A stretch of 61,231 nucleotides of DNA, counting the filler. It is 3 parts of 3 records of this genome, joined end to end, with 100 filler letters (N's around TTAATTAATTAA, not from the genome) between each part and the next. Parts side by side here need not be neighbours in the genome. Positions count along the whole stretch, not along the records: positions 22,762 to 46,903 come from DRR723986_3519; 2 more parts are not named here. One strand, given 5' to 3'. The notes under the pieces were generated by a model that saw only the letters and a list, made by a program, of their open reading frames with translations, was not told the DNA's origin and made no database searches. A program made the position numbers and the translations under genes. Positions 28,880 to 39,056 of this stretch are shown here, in pieces. Position 1 is the first letter of the stretch, and every line of letters starts with the position of its first letter.

Positions 28880-29893
28880 CTACGCAGATTGCATCATCAT
28901 CCGATAGCGGCCGGGCGCCTGCCCATACCAGCGCTTAAACGCTTTTTGGAAAGCACTTTGGTCGCTAAAGCCAAGCTCTGCGGAAATCTCCAATAAGCCG
29001 AGTTCACGGCGCGATATCAACCCCAGTGAACGCTCCTTGCGGGCATCGTCCACCAAGCTTTTGTAACTGGTTTCGGTGTTGTTTAACCGCCGCTGTAAGG
29101 TGCGCGGCGCAATGCCAAGCTGCGCGGAAATATCCTCCAGCCGGGGCACACCGTCGGCCAGCTGATTCACGATGCAGTCGCGCACATCTTTGATCAAACG
29201 GTCTTCAAATTGCAGGTTCGACAACTCAATCAGCGCCGCCTGCTCCAGCGATTTGTGAATACCGGGATGAGGGTAAAGCGTTGGCTGGTCGAGCAGTTCA
29301 CGACCGAAGTGCACCGCATTTAATTTTTTACCGAAGGACACCGGCGCTTCAAACAAGGCTTCCATTTCCGCCTCACGCCCCTGCGCACCATGAGCGAAAT
29401 GAACTTTTCGGCGCGTAGCACCGCGGTCCAGCATCGGCTTGTTGACGCGATACCAATTGGCAAAGAAAAATTCGACAACGTGCACTGACGCCTGCTGCCG
29501 GGGCGGTTGTTGCCAGCTCAGGCAAGCCGTGCTGCTATTTACCTCGCTTAGCACCATATCGCCGTGGTCGATCAACAGGCGTGAAAAGCGCTGCATCGCA
29601 TCCACCGCCTCGCGAGTATTGGAAGCGCTCATCCCCAGATAATTCACCATTCCCCAGGGCGTGCGTGAACAATGCGTGCCCGCTTTCGCGCCAAGGCAGG
29701 GGTCACCCAGCAAGTTCGCACCGGCGTCCAAGGTCATTTCAAACAAGCGCAGGGGAACGCGCCCTTGCTCACTAATGTGAGAAAGGGGATTCAAACGCAA
29801 TACCGATTGCAGCTGCCGGCTGCTGAGCCCCTGGCCCTCAAGGTACTCTAGAAGGTTGTCGAGATATTCTTTGCAGACTGTTGGTGTTCGCAT
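28880..29893 (-). CDS. AraC-family transcriptional regulator
   Basis: C-terminal RTLQRRL...ISAELGFSDQSAFQKAFKRWYG. Confidence 0.9.
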   Translation of the reverse strand: MRTPTVCKEYLDNLLEYLEGQGLSSRQLQSVLRLNPLSHISEQGRVPLRLFEMTLDAGANLLGDPCLGAKAGTHCSRTPWGMVNYLGMSASNTREAVDAMQRFSRLLIDHGDMVLSEVNSSTACLSWQQPPRQQASVHVVEFFFANWYRVNKPMLDRGATRRKVHFAHGAQGREAEMEALFEAPVSFGKKLNAVHFGRELLDQPTLYPHPGIHKSLEQAALIELSNLQFEDRLIKDVRDCIVNQLADGVPRLEDISAQLGIAPRTLQRRLNNTETSYKSLVDDARKERSLGLISRRELGLLEISAELGFSDQSAFQKAFKRWYGQAPGRYRMMMQSA

Positions 29894-30098
29894 TTCACCC
29901 TCCCTACAAAACGCCCAGACAATGCACTACGGGCGAATCTGTCACTGTTATTGTTGTGGGCGGCACGCCGCCGGTATGACCTAAACTGCGTAACAGACTA
30001 GCAATTTCGCAGCGAGACTTGTCCCCCTCCGCCACTAAAAGTATTATCATTAGTGACCGTCAATTTGTATCATTTATGGCCATAGTCGATTATTCATT

Positions 30099-31157
30099 GT
30101 GCAATTAATAGAAATGGAGCAGCTGGGTGCCCGTTTACTGCGGGTACTTTGGCGCCTACTGCAACAACACTATCCCGACATAGACTGCGCGGCGCTCGGT
30201 CGGCGCTGTGAGCTGGGCGAGGCCTGGTGGCAGGCCACCGGCAACGATACGCTGGTAAATGTAATGGTGTTGTTAAATGCCCTGCGTGACGATGGCCCGC
30301 CTGCCATTGCACTTGAACTGGGCGACCTTGCGCAATTGAGCGACCTCGGCCTGCTCGGCTATGCCATGCTTACCGCCGCCAACTGTGAGCAGGCCACGAA
30401 TATCAGTTGTCACGCCTTCAGCGAAGCGAGCTTTTTAGTGCGGGTACACCTTGAGCGCGGCGAGCAACACGCGCTCATTCGCTTTGAACTCACCGACAAC
30501 GCCCTGCCCATCGAGCAGCTGTTAATGGAGCTGTGCAGCGTCGCTGCCTGGCGCTATGTGCAAGGGATACTGCCCGAGGGCCGCGCCGCCGTGCCCGACT
30601 ATGTAGAACTGACCAGCAGCCCACCTGACCACGCCGAGCGCTACCGCGAATTGCTGGGTTGCGAGGTGGTGTTCGACGCCCCGCGCAACACCATCGCCCT
30701 GCCCCTGCACTGGCTGAGCCGACCTATCCCCAGCGGCAATGAACAGGCGCTGATCGCCTGCTCTCACCACGTGCAGCAAATCGTCAGCGAGAGCTATCGC
30801 ACAGCCGGCATTGCCCCGCAGGTTAAACGCCTGTTGATGTCGCGCCCCCAAGACTGCGAATTCAATTTGGCAAAAACGGCAAAGCTACTGCGCTTAAGCC
30901 CGCGCAGCCTGCGCCGACATTTGGAACAAAGCGGCCACAGTTTTCGCCAAATTTGTCTGAGCGTGCGCATGGAATTAGCGCGGGAGTACCTGTTTAATAC
31001 GCACATGAGTTTGAAGGAGGTGGCCTATCAGCTCGGTTATAAACACCCGAGCAACTTCAACCGCGCCTTCAGCGATTACTATGGTCAGTCCCCGCAGACG
31101 ATGCGACGGCAGCACTACCAAGCCTTTCAGCGCGCAGAGCCGCCTGGCGCAGGCTGA
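30099..31157 (+). CDS. AraC-family transcriptional regulator (start uncertain)
   Basis: LGLLGYAM; RSLRRHL...VAYQLGYKHPSNFNRAF. Confidence 0.9.
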   Translation: MQLIEMEQLGARLLRVLWRLLQQHYPDIDCAALGRRCELGEAWWQATGNDTLVNVMVLLNALRDDGPPAIALELGDLAQLSDLGLLGYAMLTAANCEQATNISCHAFSEASFLVRVHLERGEQHALIRFELTDNALPIEQLLMELCSVAAWRYVQGILPEGRAAVPDYVELTSSPPDHAERYRELLGCEVVFDAPRNTIALPLHWLSRPIPSGNEQALIACSHHVQQIVSESYRTAGIAPQVKRLLMSRPQDCEFNLAKTAKLLRLSPRSLRRHLEQSGHSFRQICLSVRMELAREYLFNTHMSLKEVAYQLGYKHPSNFNRAFSDYYGQSPQTMRRQHYQAFQRAEPPGAG

Positions 31158-31265
31158 CAACTCTGGCGTCGAAAACCCTACTGATGTAGGCCCACAGGCC
31201 CCACAATAGCGGGCTAGCTGGCAACCGCCATACTTTAACTTGCTAAGAAGAAAAAAGGTTTACCT

Positions 31266-32798
31266 ATGATTGCAGCCGACAACACCCCGATTCTGGTCGG
31301 AGTCAGCCAGCAGACCTACCGCGACACCGGCAACCCCGAGCGCACCCCTACCGATGCGCTGCAGGAAGCCCTGCAAGGCGCCCTAGACAACACCGGCAAA
31401 GGCGATGCACTGCGCGGCGCCATTGACGCCCTGTGTACCGAGCCCAGCCTGTTGGAAGTCTCAGAAGAACTGGCCGCATTGCTTAACCGCTTCCCCGGGC
31501 CGGAATTAGCCAAGCGTTTGGGCTTTGATAATGCCCAGTGCCTGAAAGCCCCCGACGGCGGCAACGGCCCGCAAATGTTGATCAACCACTTCGCCGATGA
31601 GCTCAACCGCGGTAAGCGTCGCGCCGTGGCGATCTGTGGCGGCGAACTGACCGCGAGCTTTCGCACTCTGCTCGGCGGTGGCGGTGATATCGGCCACTGG
31701 CAGCAAGGCGCCAGTGGCGACACCGAACAGCCCTGGGCAGAACGCGACGGCGCCCACGCCCAGGAACACAAACACAATTTGTGGCTGCCCACCCATATGT
31801 ATGCGCTGTTTGAAAATGCGCTGCGCCACCGCTATGGCCACAGCCTTGAACAACACCAGCAGCATATCGGCAAGATCATGCAGGGTTTGAGCGACACCGC
31901 TGCCGCTAACCCCGACGCCTGGTCCTACCAACGGCCACGCAGCGCCGAGCAACTCACTGGCTTTAACGAGCGCAGCCCCTGCCTCGCGCTGCCCTATAAC
32001 AAATACCTGTGCGCCCAGATGAATATCGACATGGCCGCCGCGGTGATTATGACCACCGTCGGCACCGCACGCGAACTCGGCATTGCCGAAGACCGCTGGG
32101 TCTACCTCAATGGTTGCGCCGAAGTGAATGATGTGTGGTTTGTTGGCGAGCGCGCTGACCTTTCCCGCTCCAACGCCGTCGCCCTGGCCGGTAAAACGGC
32201 ACTGGCGCGCGCCAATTGCGAGATTGACGACATCGCCCTGATGGATATTTACAGCTGCTTCCCCTGTGCGGTGGAACTGGCCTGCGACGCGCTGGGTATC
32301 GACCCCTTCGGTGAGCGAGCACTGAGCCTCACCGGCGGCCTGCCCTACTTCGGTGGCCCCGGCCACGGCTACAGCCTGCACGCCGTCGTCACCATGGCTG
32401 AGAAACTGCGCCAGCAACCCGGCGCCAATGGCATGATTACCGCCAACGGCTGGTATATGACCAAGCAGGCCATTGGTATTTACAGCACGCGCCCTGCTCA
32501 CCAAGACTGGCAGCGCGGCGACGATGCGCCCCTGCAACAGCAGATCGACAGCCAAGACCACCCCCGCATTGATGACGCCCCGGAAGGCCCCGGTGTTGTG
32601 GACAGCTTCACTGTTGTCTGCGACGGCGATGGCCCGCAGCAAGGCATTATCGTTGGCAGCCTGGACAATGGCCGACGCTTCATTGCCCATACCGAAAAAG
32701 ACGACGTCCTGCTCGCGCAAATGATGCATGAGGATATGATCGGACGGCGCGGCGTGGTGTCCACCGGCGAGGAACACAATCTGTTTAGGTTCGACTAA
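31266..32798 (+). CDS. Thiolase-like protein (acetyl-CoA acetyltransferase family, TLP1 type with extra C-terminal domain)
   Basis: TPILVGVSQ, GGNGPQ, DIYSCFPCAV, TGGLPYFGGPG, ANGWYMTKQA, C-terminal G.V.SFTV...GRRF domain. Confidence 0.82.
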   Translation: MIAADNTPILVGVSQQTYRDTGNPERTPTDALQEALQGALDNTGKGDALRGAIDALCTEPSLLEVSEELAALLNRFPGPELAKRLGFDNAQCLKAPDGGNGPQMLINHFADELNRGKRRAVAICGGELTASFRTLLGGGGDIGHWQQGASGDTEQPWAERDGAHAQEHKHNLWLPTHMYALFENALRHRYGHSLEQHQQHIGKIMQGLSDTAAANPDAWSYQRPRSAEQLTGFNERSPCLALPYNKYLCAQMNIDMAAAVIMTTVGTARELGIAEDRWVYLNGCAEVNDVWFVGERADLSRSNAVALAGKTALARANCEIDDIALMDIYSCFPCAVELACDALGIDPFGERALSLTGGLPYFGGPGHGYSLHAVVTMAEKLRQQPGANGMITANGWYMTKQAIGIYSTRPAHQDWQRGDDAPLQQQIDSQDHPRIDDAPEGPGVVDSFTVVCDGDGPQQGIIVGSLDNGRRFIAHTEKDDVLLAQMMHEDMIGRRGVVSTGEEHNLFRFD

Positions 32799-32832
32799 GT
32801 CAATCCGCACGCGCGGCGGCTGAAAACGCCGC

Positions 32833-32868
32833 CCATAAAAAAACCGGCAAATGCCGGTTTTTTTATGG
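32833..32868. terminator. Bidirectional rho-independent terminator
   Basis: ccataaaaaaaccggca-aa-tgccggtttttttatgg between convergent genes. Confidence 0.85.
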
Positions 32869-32896
32869 CTTATCACCAGTGTGTGGCGCGTGTTAC

Positions 32897-34129
32897 CTAC
32901 GCCATCGCGCGTGCATCACCGGTTTGCTTTAGCAGTGTACGCAAAATCGCCTGACACTCTTTGCGGCTCATCAGTACCGGCACCGGATAGCCCGCCCCTT
33001 CCTTCACCGCATCCGCGGCAATGGCAGCAATATCCTCTTCACGCAGCGTATCCAGTACATCGGGCACACCCAAGCGCGTATTCAAATCCGCCACCGCATC
33101 GATAAACTTCTCTGCCGCTTTCGCATCGCCGGTGCTGGCATCGGCCACACCAATCAATCGCCCCAACTCAGCCAGCGGTTTTTCCGAGGCCTTGGCCATA
33201 AAGCGCAATACCTCAGGCATCACCAATGCGTTTGCCAAGCCGTGTGGCGTGCCGTAATGGCGCCCTAACTGGTGAGCGATCGCGTGAACATTACCCACCC
33301 CGGCGTCGTTAATTGCCATACCCGCGTAGTAGGCCGCTAACGCCATTTGCTCGCGCGCCTCGGCGTCGTTGCCGTCGCGGTAGGCACGCGGCAGGTAGTC
33401 GAAAATCATTTTTACTGCAGCAAAGCCGTAGCCATTGCTGCTCTCGGTGCCCCACAGGCTGATGTAGGTTTCCACCGCGTGGGTCAGCGCATCCATTCCC
33501 GTGGCGGCGGTAATCGGTGCAGGCATACCGAGCAGCAGATCCGCGTCCAACGCCACCGCTTTGGGCAGCATTTTCGGGTCGGCCAAAAAGCACTTTTCAT
33601 GACTCGCCGGGTCGGAAATTACCGCAGCGATGGTCGCTTCTGAGCCAGTACCGGATGTCGTCGGCAGTGCAAATAGCGGCACAGGTGCCGCTTTTACTTT
33701 GAAGTAGCCCTCAAGCTTACGACCGTCGCGACCATTGGTAGCCGCTGAGGAAATTGTCTTGGCGCAGTCAATTGACGAGCCACCGCCAATCGCCAATATC
33801 GCATCGCAATTGTGCTGCTGTTGCAGGGCCAGGCCTTGATCAACCATTGCAAAGGTTGGGTCGGGAAGAATGCCGTCATAAATTACGCACTCGACACCCT
33901 CTTCCTTCAACACATCAACGGCCTTACCGACAATGCCCAGCTCCACCAAAATTTTATCGCTGACAATTAACACCCGCTGCGCGCCTTGGCGGGCGATATG
34001 TCGACACAGCTGCGCCGTGCTTCCCTGACCGTTGAAGGCCATATACGCGAGCGACGGCATCAACTTGAAGGGAATAGCGATCAACGCCAGATACGTGCGC
34101 TGTAGCAGGGTTCTAAAAAATTTACTCAT
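32897..34129 (-). CDS. Iron-containing alcohol dehydrogenase (probable start MSKFF at 34129)
   Basis: AIGGGSSIDCAK, PTTSGTGSE, GMDALTHAVE, HAIAHQLG...HGLAN. Confidence 0.92.
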   Translation of the reverse strand: MSKFFRTLLQRTYLALIAIPFKLMPSLAYMAFNGQGSTAQLCRHIARQGAQRVLIVSDKILVELGIVGKAVDVLKEEGVECVIYDGILPDPTFAMVDQGLALQQQHNCDAILAIGGGSSIDCAKTISSAATNGRDGRKLEGYFKVKAAPVPLFALPTTSGTGSEATIAAVISDPASHEKCFLADPKMLPKAVALDADLLLGMPAPITAATGMDALTHAVETYISLWGTESSNGYGFAAVKMIFDYLPRAYRDGNDAEAREQMALAAYYAGMAINDAGVGNVHAIAHQLGRHYGTPHGLANALVMPEVLRFMAKASEKPLAELGRLIGVADASTGDAKAAEKFIDAVADLNTRLGVPDVLDTLREEDIAAIAADAVKEGAGYPVPVLMSRKECQAILRTLLKQTGDARAMA

Positions 34130-34211
34130 CCTTAACTCCATAGCAGGACAGTGATTCTGTAATAGCCAGTTCGGTATACGTAGTGGCTACCGACCAGTGG
34201 ATCATGCCTTA

Positions 34212-35765
34212 TCAGGCAGTTTCGCCCTGATACTTAGGCACGATACTCGCGCGCAGTTCTTTTTTCAGTATTTTGCCGCTGGGGTTACGTGGCAGCGCCG
34301 CCACATATTCGATCAGCTTCGGCGTTTTAAACCCGGCCAGTGAACTGCGACAGTGTTCAACCATCTCATCGACGGTGATCTCACCGTCTTCAGCTGCCAC
34401 CAGCACGGCCAGGGGAACCTCGCCCCATTTTTCGTCCGGCACACCAATCACCGCTGCATCGGCAATTTTCGGGTGAGACATCAATACATTTTCAACTTCC
34501 GCGGGATAAATGTTTTCGCCCCCGGAAATAATCAAATCCTTCACGCGGTCTTTAATAAACAGATAGCCGTCTTCGTCCAGATACCCGGCGTCGCCGGTAT
34601 GCAGCCAGCCGTCCACCACCGTTTTTGCGGTGGCCTCTTCGCGCTTCCAATAGCCCTTCATCACCTGTGGGCCACGGCCGAGAATTTCGCCCACCTCGCC
34701 GGTAGGCAGCGTATTGCCCTTGTCGTCGACAATACGCAACTCGGTGCCAAAAACCGCGCGACCGCAGGAGCGCAGCAATTCAGGCTTGCCCTGCAGAGCA
34801 CGCATGTGATCGTCGTTGGTGAGGAAGGTCAGTGCGGTGGTCGACTCCGTCTGGCCATAGCCCTGATAAAACTCGCAGTCGAAGACTTCCAAACAGCGCT
34901 TTAACAGATCCACCGAAATCGGCGACGCGCCGTAGTTAATCCAGCGCAGATTCGGGAATTCGTATTTCTCGATATCGGGAATGCAGGCCAAAGAGAACTG
35001 CAGCATCACCGGCACCACAGAAACATAGGTGATGTTCTCATTGGCCATGGTCTCGATCATGCCAATGGGGTCGTAGTCGCGGTGCAACACCAACTCGCAG
35101 CCGTAATACACCGCCATCAAGGCACCCACCAAACCCAGGGCATGGAAGGTAGGCGCGATAATTAAGGCGCGGTCACCGGCGCGCGGCGCGCGGCCAGTGG
35201 TCAGCGGCGCTTGAATGCTGTTACAGATCAAATTGCGGTGGGTCAGCAAAGTGCCCTTAGGTAAACCGGTGGTGCCGCTGGTGTACATTTGAAACAGCAC
35301 ATCGTCGCCGTTCAGGGTCACTGCGTCCGGCGTCAGTGGTTCGCCCAGCCACTCGTTTAAGGGCACTGCGCCATCGACGTCACCCACAATAGAAACCCGC
35401 TCCACACCGGCCAGGTAGGAGCCGATCAATGGCGCAAATTCGCCGTCGACAAACAGCATGCGTACGTCGGCGTCTTCAGCAATAAAGCCAACCTCATCGG
35501 CGGTAAGGCGGTAGTTAATGCCTACCGGTACCACACCGGCGCGCGCACAACCGAGAAAAACCAGGAAGTTGTCCAGGGAGTTTTTGCTGAGAATGGCCAC
35601 TCGGTCACCCTTGGTGATGCCGCGTGCCTGCAAGCGCGCCGCGACGTGACCCATTTTCTGCCAGGCGTCGGCGTAGCTTAAATGGCTGTCCGCATCATTG
35701 CCGAAGGGCGCTTCGGGGCGCATTTTTGCCTGAAAGGCCAGGTACTCAACAAAACTATCAAACAT
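34212..35765 (-). CDS. Long-chain fatty acid-CoA ligase (FadD-like), probable start MFDSF at 35765
   Basis: YTSGTTGLPKG, YGQTE, GWLHTGDAG, DRVKDLIISGGENIYPAEVE, PRNPSGKILK; AAGGA RBS. Confidence 0.92.
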   Translation of the reverse strand: MFDSFVEYLAFQAKMRPEAPFGNDADSHLSYADAWQKMGHVAARLQARGITKGDRVAILSKNSLDNFLVFLGCARAGVVPVGINYRLTADEVGFIAEDADVRMLFVDGEFAPLIGSYLAGVERVSIVGDVDGAVPLNEWLGEPLTPDAVTLNGDDVLFQMYTSGTTGLPKGTLLTHRNLICNSIQAPLTTGRAPRAGDRALIIAPTFHALGLVGALMAVYYGCELVLHRDYDPIGMIETMANENITYVSVVPVMLQFSLACIPDIEKYEFPNLRWINYGASPISVDLLKRCLEVFDCEFYQGYGQTESTTALTFLTNDDHMRALQGKPELLRSCGRAVFGTELRIVDDKGNTLPTGEVGEILGRGPQVMKGYWKREEATAKTVVDGWLHTGDAGYLDEDGYLFIKDRVKDLIISGGENIYPAEVENVLMSHPKIADAAVIGVPDEKWGEVPLAVLVAAEDGEITVDEMVEHCRSSLAGFKTPKLIEYVAALPRNPSGKILKKELRASIVPKYQGETA

Positions 35766-35806
35766 GGAGTCTTCCTTATCGTTTTTATCAGAGGGCGCGC
35801 GCCCCG

Positions 35807-36937
35807 CTACGCAGCCTGCGGCCCGTAGCGCAGCGCCGCAAACCGCCGACGTTGCCAATCACTGTCACCGAACAGGGTGTCGATAACCATTAGTCGCTTT
35901 AAGTAGTCGCCAATGCTCAGCTCTTCCGTCACGCCCATACCGCCGTGAAGCTGCACCGCTTCCTCGGCGACTGCGCGGCCGTGTTTGCCGACCATGGCTT
36001 TCAGAGCCGCCGTATCACTGGCTGCCTGCGCTTCACCACCACTGTGCGAACACAGCGCACGCACCAGTAGCGAACGGCATTGCTCAGTGGCCGTGTACAT
36101 GTCCACCATGCGGTGTTGTAGGGCCTGGAATTTGCCGATGGGCTGACCAAACTGCTTGCGGGTATTGCTGTATTCCACCGTTTCTTTCAGCAGCTTTTCC
36201 ATCGCGCCAACCGCTTGAGCCGACACCGCGATAGTCGCTTCGGTAATCACCGTTTCGACCATTGCCAGAGCGGCATCGCCATCGCAGATCACGCTGTCGC
36301 CGGTGAGCTCCACCGCATCGAATTGAATATTCGCGACGCGCTGGCCGTCCATCAATTTGAAGGCATCGCGCTGTACGCCATTGCTTGTCGCGGGTACCGC
36401 AAACAGTGTGTAGGCGTCATCCAGCCACGCTGCCACAACCAGCACATCGGCGGCCGCGCCGTTGAGCACCAGCGTTTTACTGCCGCTCAGGCGATATCCA
36501 TCAGCACTGCGCTCTGCGCGGCAGTCCATGGCGTCGAGCTGGTGGCGGCTACGGCGTTCCTGATAGGCAAACGCGGCGTGGCAGCTGCCCGCCATAATTT
36601 CTTCCAGGTAGCGGCCTTTTACTGCCGCGTTATTGCCGCGCGCAATCAACTGAGCGCCCAGCAGAATCGAACCCAGATAGGGCTCAACGGCAACGCTGCG
36701 ACCCATGGCTTCCATTAGCACAGAGGTATCCACCACCGAACCGCCAAAACCGCCTTCCTCTTCGGGCAGGGGCACGGTCAGCCAACCCAGCTCGGCGTAG
36801 TCCTGCCACACCTTGCCGGAAAAGCCTGTCTCTTCAGCCAGGTACTGCCTGCGTTGGTCGGCGTCGTAACGCTCGGCCATGTATTTATCGATACTGTCTT
36901 TGAGCAGTTGCTGCTCAGCATTGAGTGAAAAGTCCAT
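35807..36937 (-). CDS. Acyl-CoA dehydrogenase (probable partner subunit of a heteromeric pair)
   Basis: RKQFGQPIGKFQALQHR, QLHGGMG; adjacent to a second ACAD gene. Confidence 0.9.
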   Translation of the reverse strand: MDFSLNAEQQLLKDSIDKYMAERYDADQRRQYLAEETGFSGKVWQDYAELGWLTVPLPEEEGGFGGSVVDTSVLMEAMGRSVAVEPYLGSILLGAQLIARGNNAAVKGRYLEEIMAGSCHAAFAYQERRSRHQLDAMDCRAERSADGYRLSGSKTLVLNGAAADVLVVAAWLDDAYTLFAVPATSNGVQRDAFKLMDGQRVANIQFDAVELTGDSVICDGDAALAMVETVITEATIAVSAQAVGAMEKLLKETVEYSNTRKQFGQPIGKFQALQHRMVDMYTATEQCRSLLVRALCSHSGGEAQAASDTAALKAMVGKHGRAVAEEAVQLHGGMGVTEELSIGDYLKRLMVIDTLFGDSDWQRRRFAALRYGPQAA

Positions 36938-36946
36938 AACGCCCTC

Positions 36947-38125
36947 CTACAGCCCCAGCCCAAATTTCGCGATGATATTTTTTTGTACTTCGTTACTGCC
37001 GCCGTAAATGGTGCAGGCCCGACCGTACATGTACTCCCGTCGCGCTTGGTCGCCGTAGTCATGGCCCAGCGATGACAAATCGGCATCGGCCGGCAGCACG
37101 CTGCCGTACAGCCCCGCCACATCAAAGAACAAATTCTGCACAGCCTGTTGCAGCTCCGTACCTTTGAGCTTGAGCAGGGACGACTCCATGCCCGGTGCGC
37201 CGCCATTGGCCACAGTGGCCAGTACGCGCAGCTCGGTGTATTCCAGCGCCATCAACTCCATTTCAATGTCGGCCATGCGCGCCTGAAACGTGGGGTTATT
37301 CAGCAGCGGCTGGCCGTCGTCGTTCTCATCGGCCGCCAGCTTGCGCACGTTATTCAGCACTTGCTTGCAGTAAGCGATACCAGACAGCGCAGTGCGCTCG
37401 TGGCTGAGCAGCGCCTTGGCATAGGTCCAGCCCTGATTCTCTTCACCAATGCGGTTTACCACCGGCACCCGCACGTTTTCAAAGCTGACTTCGTTTAAGT
37501 GATGCTCACCATCAATGGCAATAATCGGCGACACGGTGATGCCAGGCGTGCGCATATCAATCAGCAAGAAGCTGATGCCCTGCTGCGGCTTGCCGCTGTT
37601 GTCTGTGCGTACCAGCGCAAACATCCAATCGGCATACTGGGCGTAAGTGGTCCAGATTTTAGTGCCGTTAATCACATAGTCGTCGCCATCGCGTTCGGCG
37701 CGGGTTTGCAAACCGGCCAGGTCACTGCCCGCGCCCGGCTCGGAGTAGCCCTGACACCACCAGGTGTCACCGTTGAGAATGCCGGGCAAGAATTGCTGCT
37801 TTTGTTCCTCGGTGCCAAAGGTGTAAATCACCGGCCCGACCATCTTCAAACCAAAGGGCGGCACATCCGGCGCGCCGGCTTCAGCCAGGGCGCTGTCGAA
37901 AATGTATTTCTGGGTATCACTCCAACCACAGCCGCCGTGTTCAACCGGCCAGCCCGGCGCGACCCAACCCTTGTCAAAACGCTTTTTCTGCCACTCAATG
38001 GTCGCGGCTTTAAAGGTTTTGGGGTCGCGAATTCGCGCGGCCATGTCGTCGTTAAAATTGTCGCGCAAAAACGCCCGAACTTCCTCTTGGAAGGCGAGCT
38101 CTTCTGCAGAAAATGTCGCGTGCAT
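36947..38125 (-). CDS. Acyl-CoA dehydrogenase
   Basis: WCQGYSEPGAGSDLA, INGTKIWTT, IYGGSNEVQKNII. Confidence 0.93.
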   Translation of the reverse strand: MHATFSAEELAFQEEVRAFLRDNFNDDMAARIRDPKTFKAATIEWQKKRFDKGWVAPGWPVEHGGCGWSDTQKYIFDSALAEAGAPDVPPFGLKMVGPVIYTFGTEEQKQQFLPGILNGDTWWCQGYSEPGAGSDLAGLQTRAERDGDDYVINGTKIWTTYAQYADWMFALVRTDNSGKPQQGISFLLIDMRTPGITVSPIIAIDGEHHLNEVSFENVRVPVVNRIGEENQGWTYAKALLSHERTALSGIAYCKQVLNNVRKLAADENDDGQPLLNNPTFQARMADIEMELMALEYTELRVLATVANGGAPGMESSLLKLKGTELQQAVQNLFFDVAGLYGSVLPADADLSSLGHDYGDQARREYMYGRACTIYGGSNEVQKNIIAKFGLGL

Positions 38126-38247
38126 AGCTTTCTCTCTATTATTGGCAGGCCACGCTGCATCCTGAATCTAGGCTATCAGCAGCGTACAGAAAGGGGTTAG
38201 TCCCCGGGCGCCGTTTGTTGGCAGCGGCCGACCCGGGGCAAGCAGAC

Positions 38248-39021
38248 TTACCGCGGCTGCATGCGAATGCCGCCGTCCATACGGATCACTTCAGCATTGA
38301 GGTAGTCGTTGTCGATTATGTGCATCGCCAGGCTGGCAATTTCCTCGGGCTGGCCGAGGCGCTTGGGGTTAAGTACCGACTGCGCCAACGACTGGCGCGC
38401 TTCTTCAGGCAAAGACGCCAACAGCGGCGTGTCGATCAAGCCCGGTGCAATGGTGTTTACGCGAATGCCGTAGCTCGCCAAGTCGCGGGCAATTGGCAGC
38501 GTCATGCCAACAACACCGCCTTTACTGGCGCTGTAGGCAGCCTGGCCAATTTGGCCGTCGAAGGCGGCAACCGATGCGGTGTTGATAATCACCCCGCGGC
38601 CACCAAATTCGTCGATGGGGTCCTGCTTGGCCATGGCTTCAGCCGCCAAGCGCAGCACATTGAACGAGCCCACCAGGTTAATGTCGATCACACGCTTAAA
38701 CTGGTCCAGCGGGAAGGCGCCCTGCTTGCCCACTGTTTTAATGGCGTTGCCAATACCGGCGAAATTACAGCAGATGTGAATCGCGCCGAAGGCCTCCAAA
38801 CAGGCCTTCACCGCCGCTTCCACAGAGGCTTCGTCCGCCACATTGGTGGCAACAAACAGCGCTTTGTCACTGCCCAGCTGCTCAGCCAGGGCCTGACCGA
38901 GGGCTTCGTTCATATCCAGAATGGCGACCTTGCCGCCCGCTGCCACAATCGACTCAACCGTCGCTTTACCCAAACCCGATGCACCGCCGGTGACCAGGGC
39001 AACTTTTCCGTTTACATCCAT
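38248..39021 (-). CDS. SDR-family 3-hydroxyacyl-CoA dehydrogenase (HSD10/type II-like)
   Basis: TGGASGLG, NTASVAAFDGQIGQAAYSASKGG, RMDGGIRM. Confidence 0.92.
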   Translation of the reverse strand: MDVNGKVALVTGGASGLGKATVESIVAAGGKVAILDMNEALGQALAEQLGSDKALFVATNVADEASVEAAVKACLEAFGAIHICCNFAGIGNAIKTVGKQGAFPLDQFKRVIDINLVGSFNVLRLAAEAMAKQDPIDEFGGRGVIINTASVAAFDGQIGQAAYSASKGGVVGMTLPIARDLASYGIRVNTIAPGLIDTPLLASLPEEARQSLAQSVLNPKRLGQPEEIASLAMHIIDNDYLNAEVIRMDGGIRMQPR

Positions 39022-39056
39022 CTTTCTACTCCTAAACGTTATGAGTGAAACCGCGC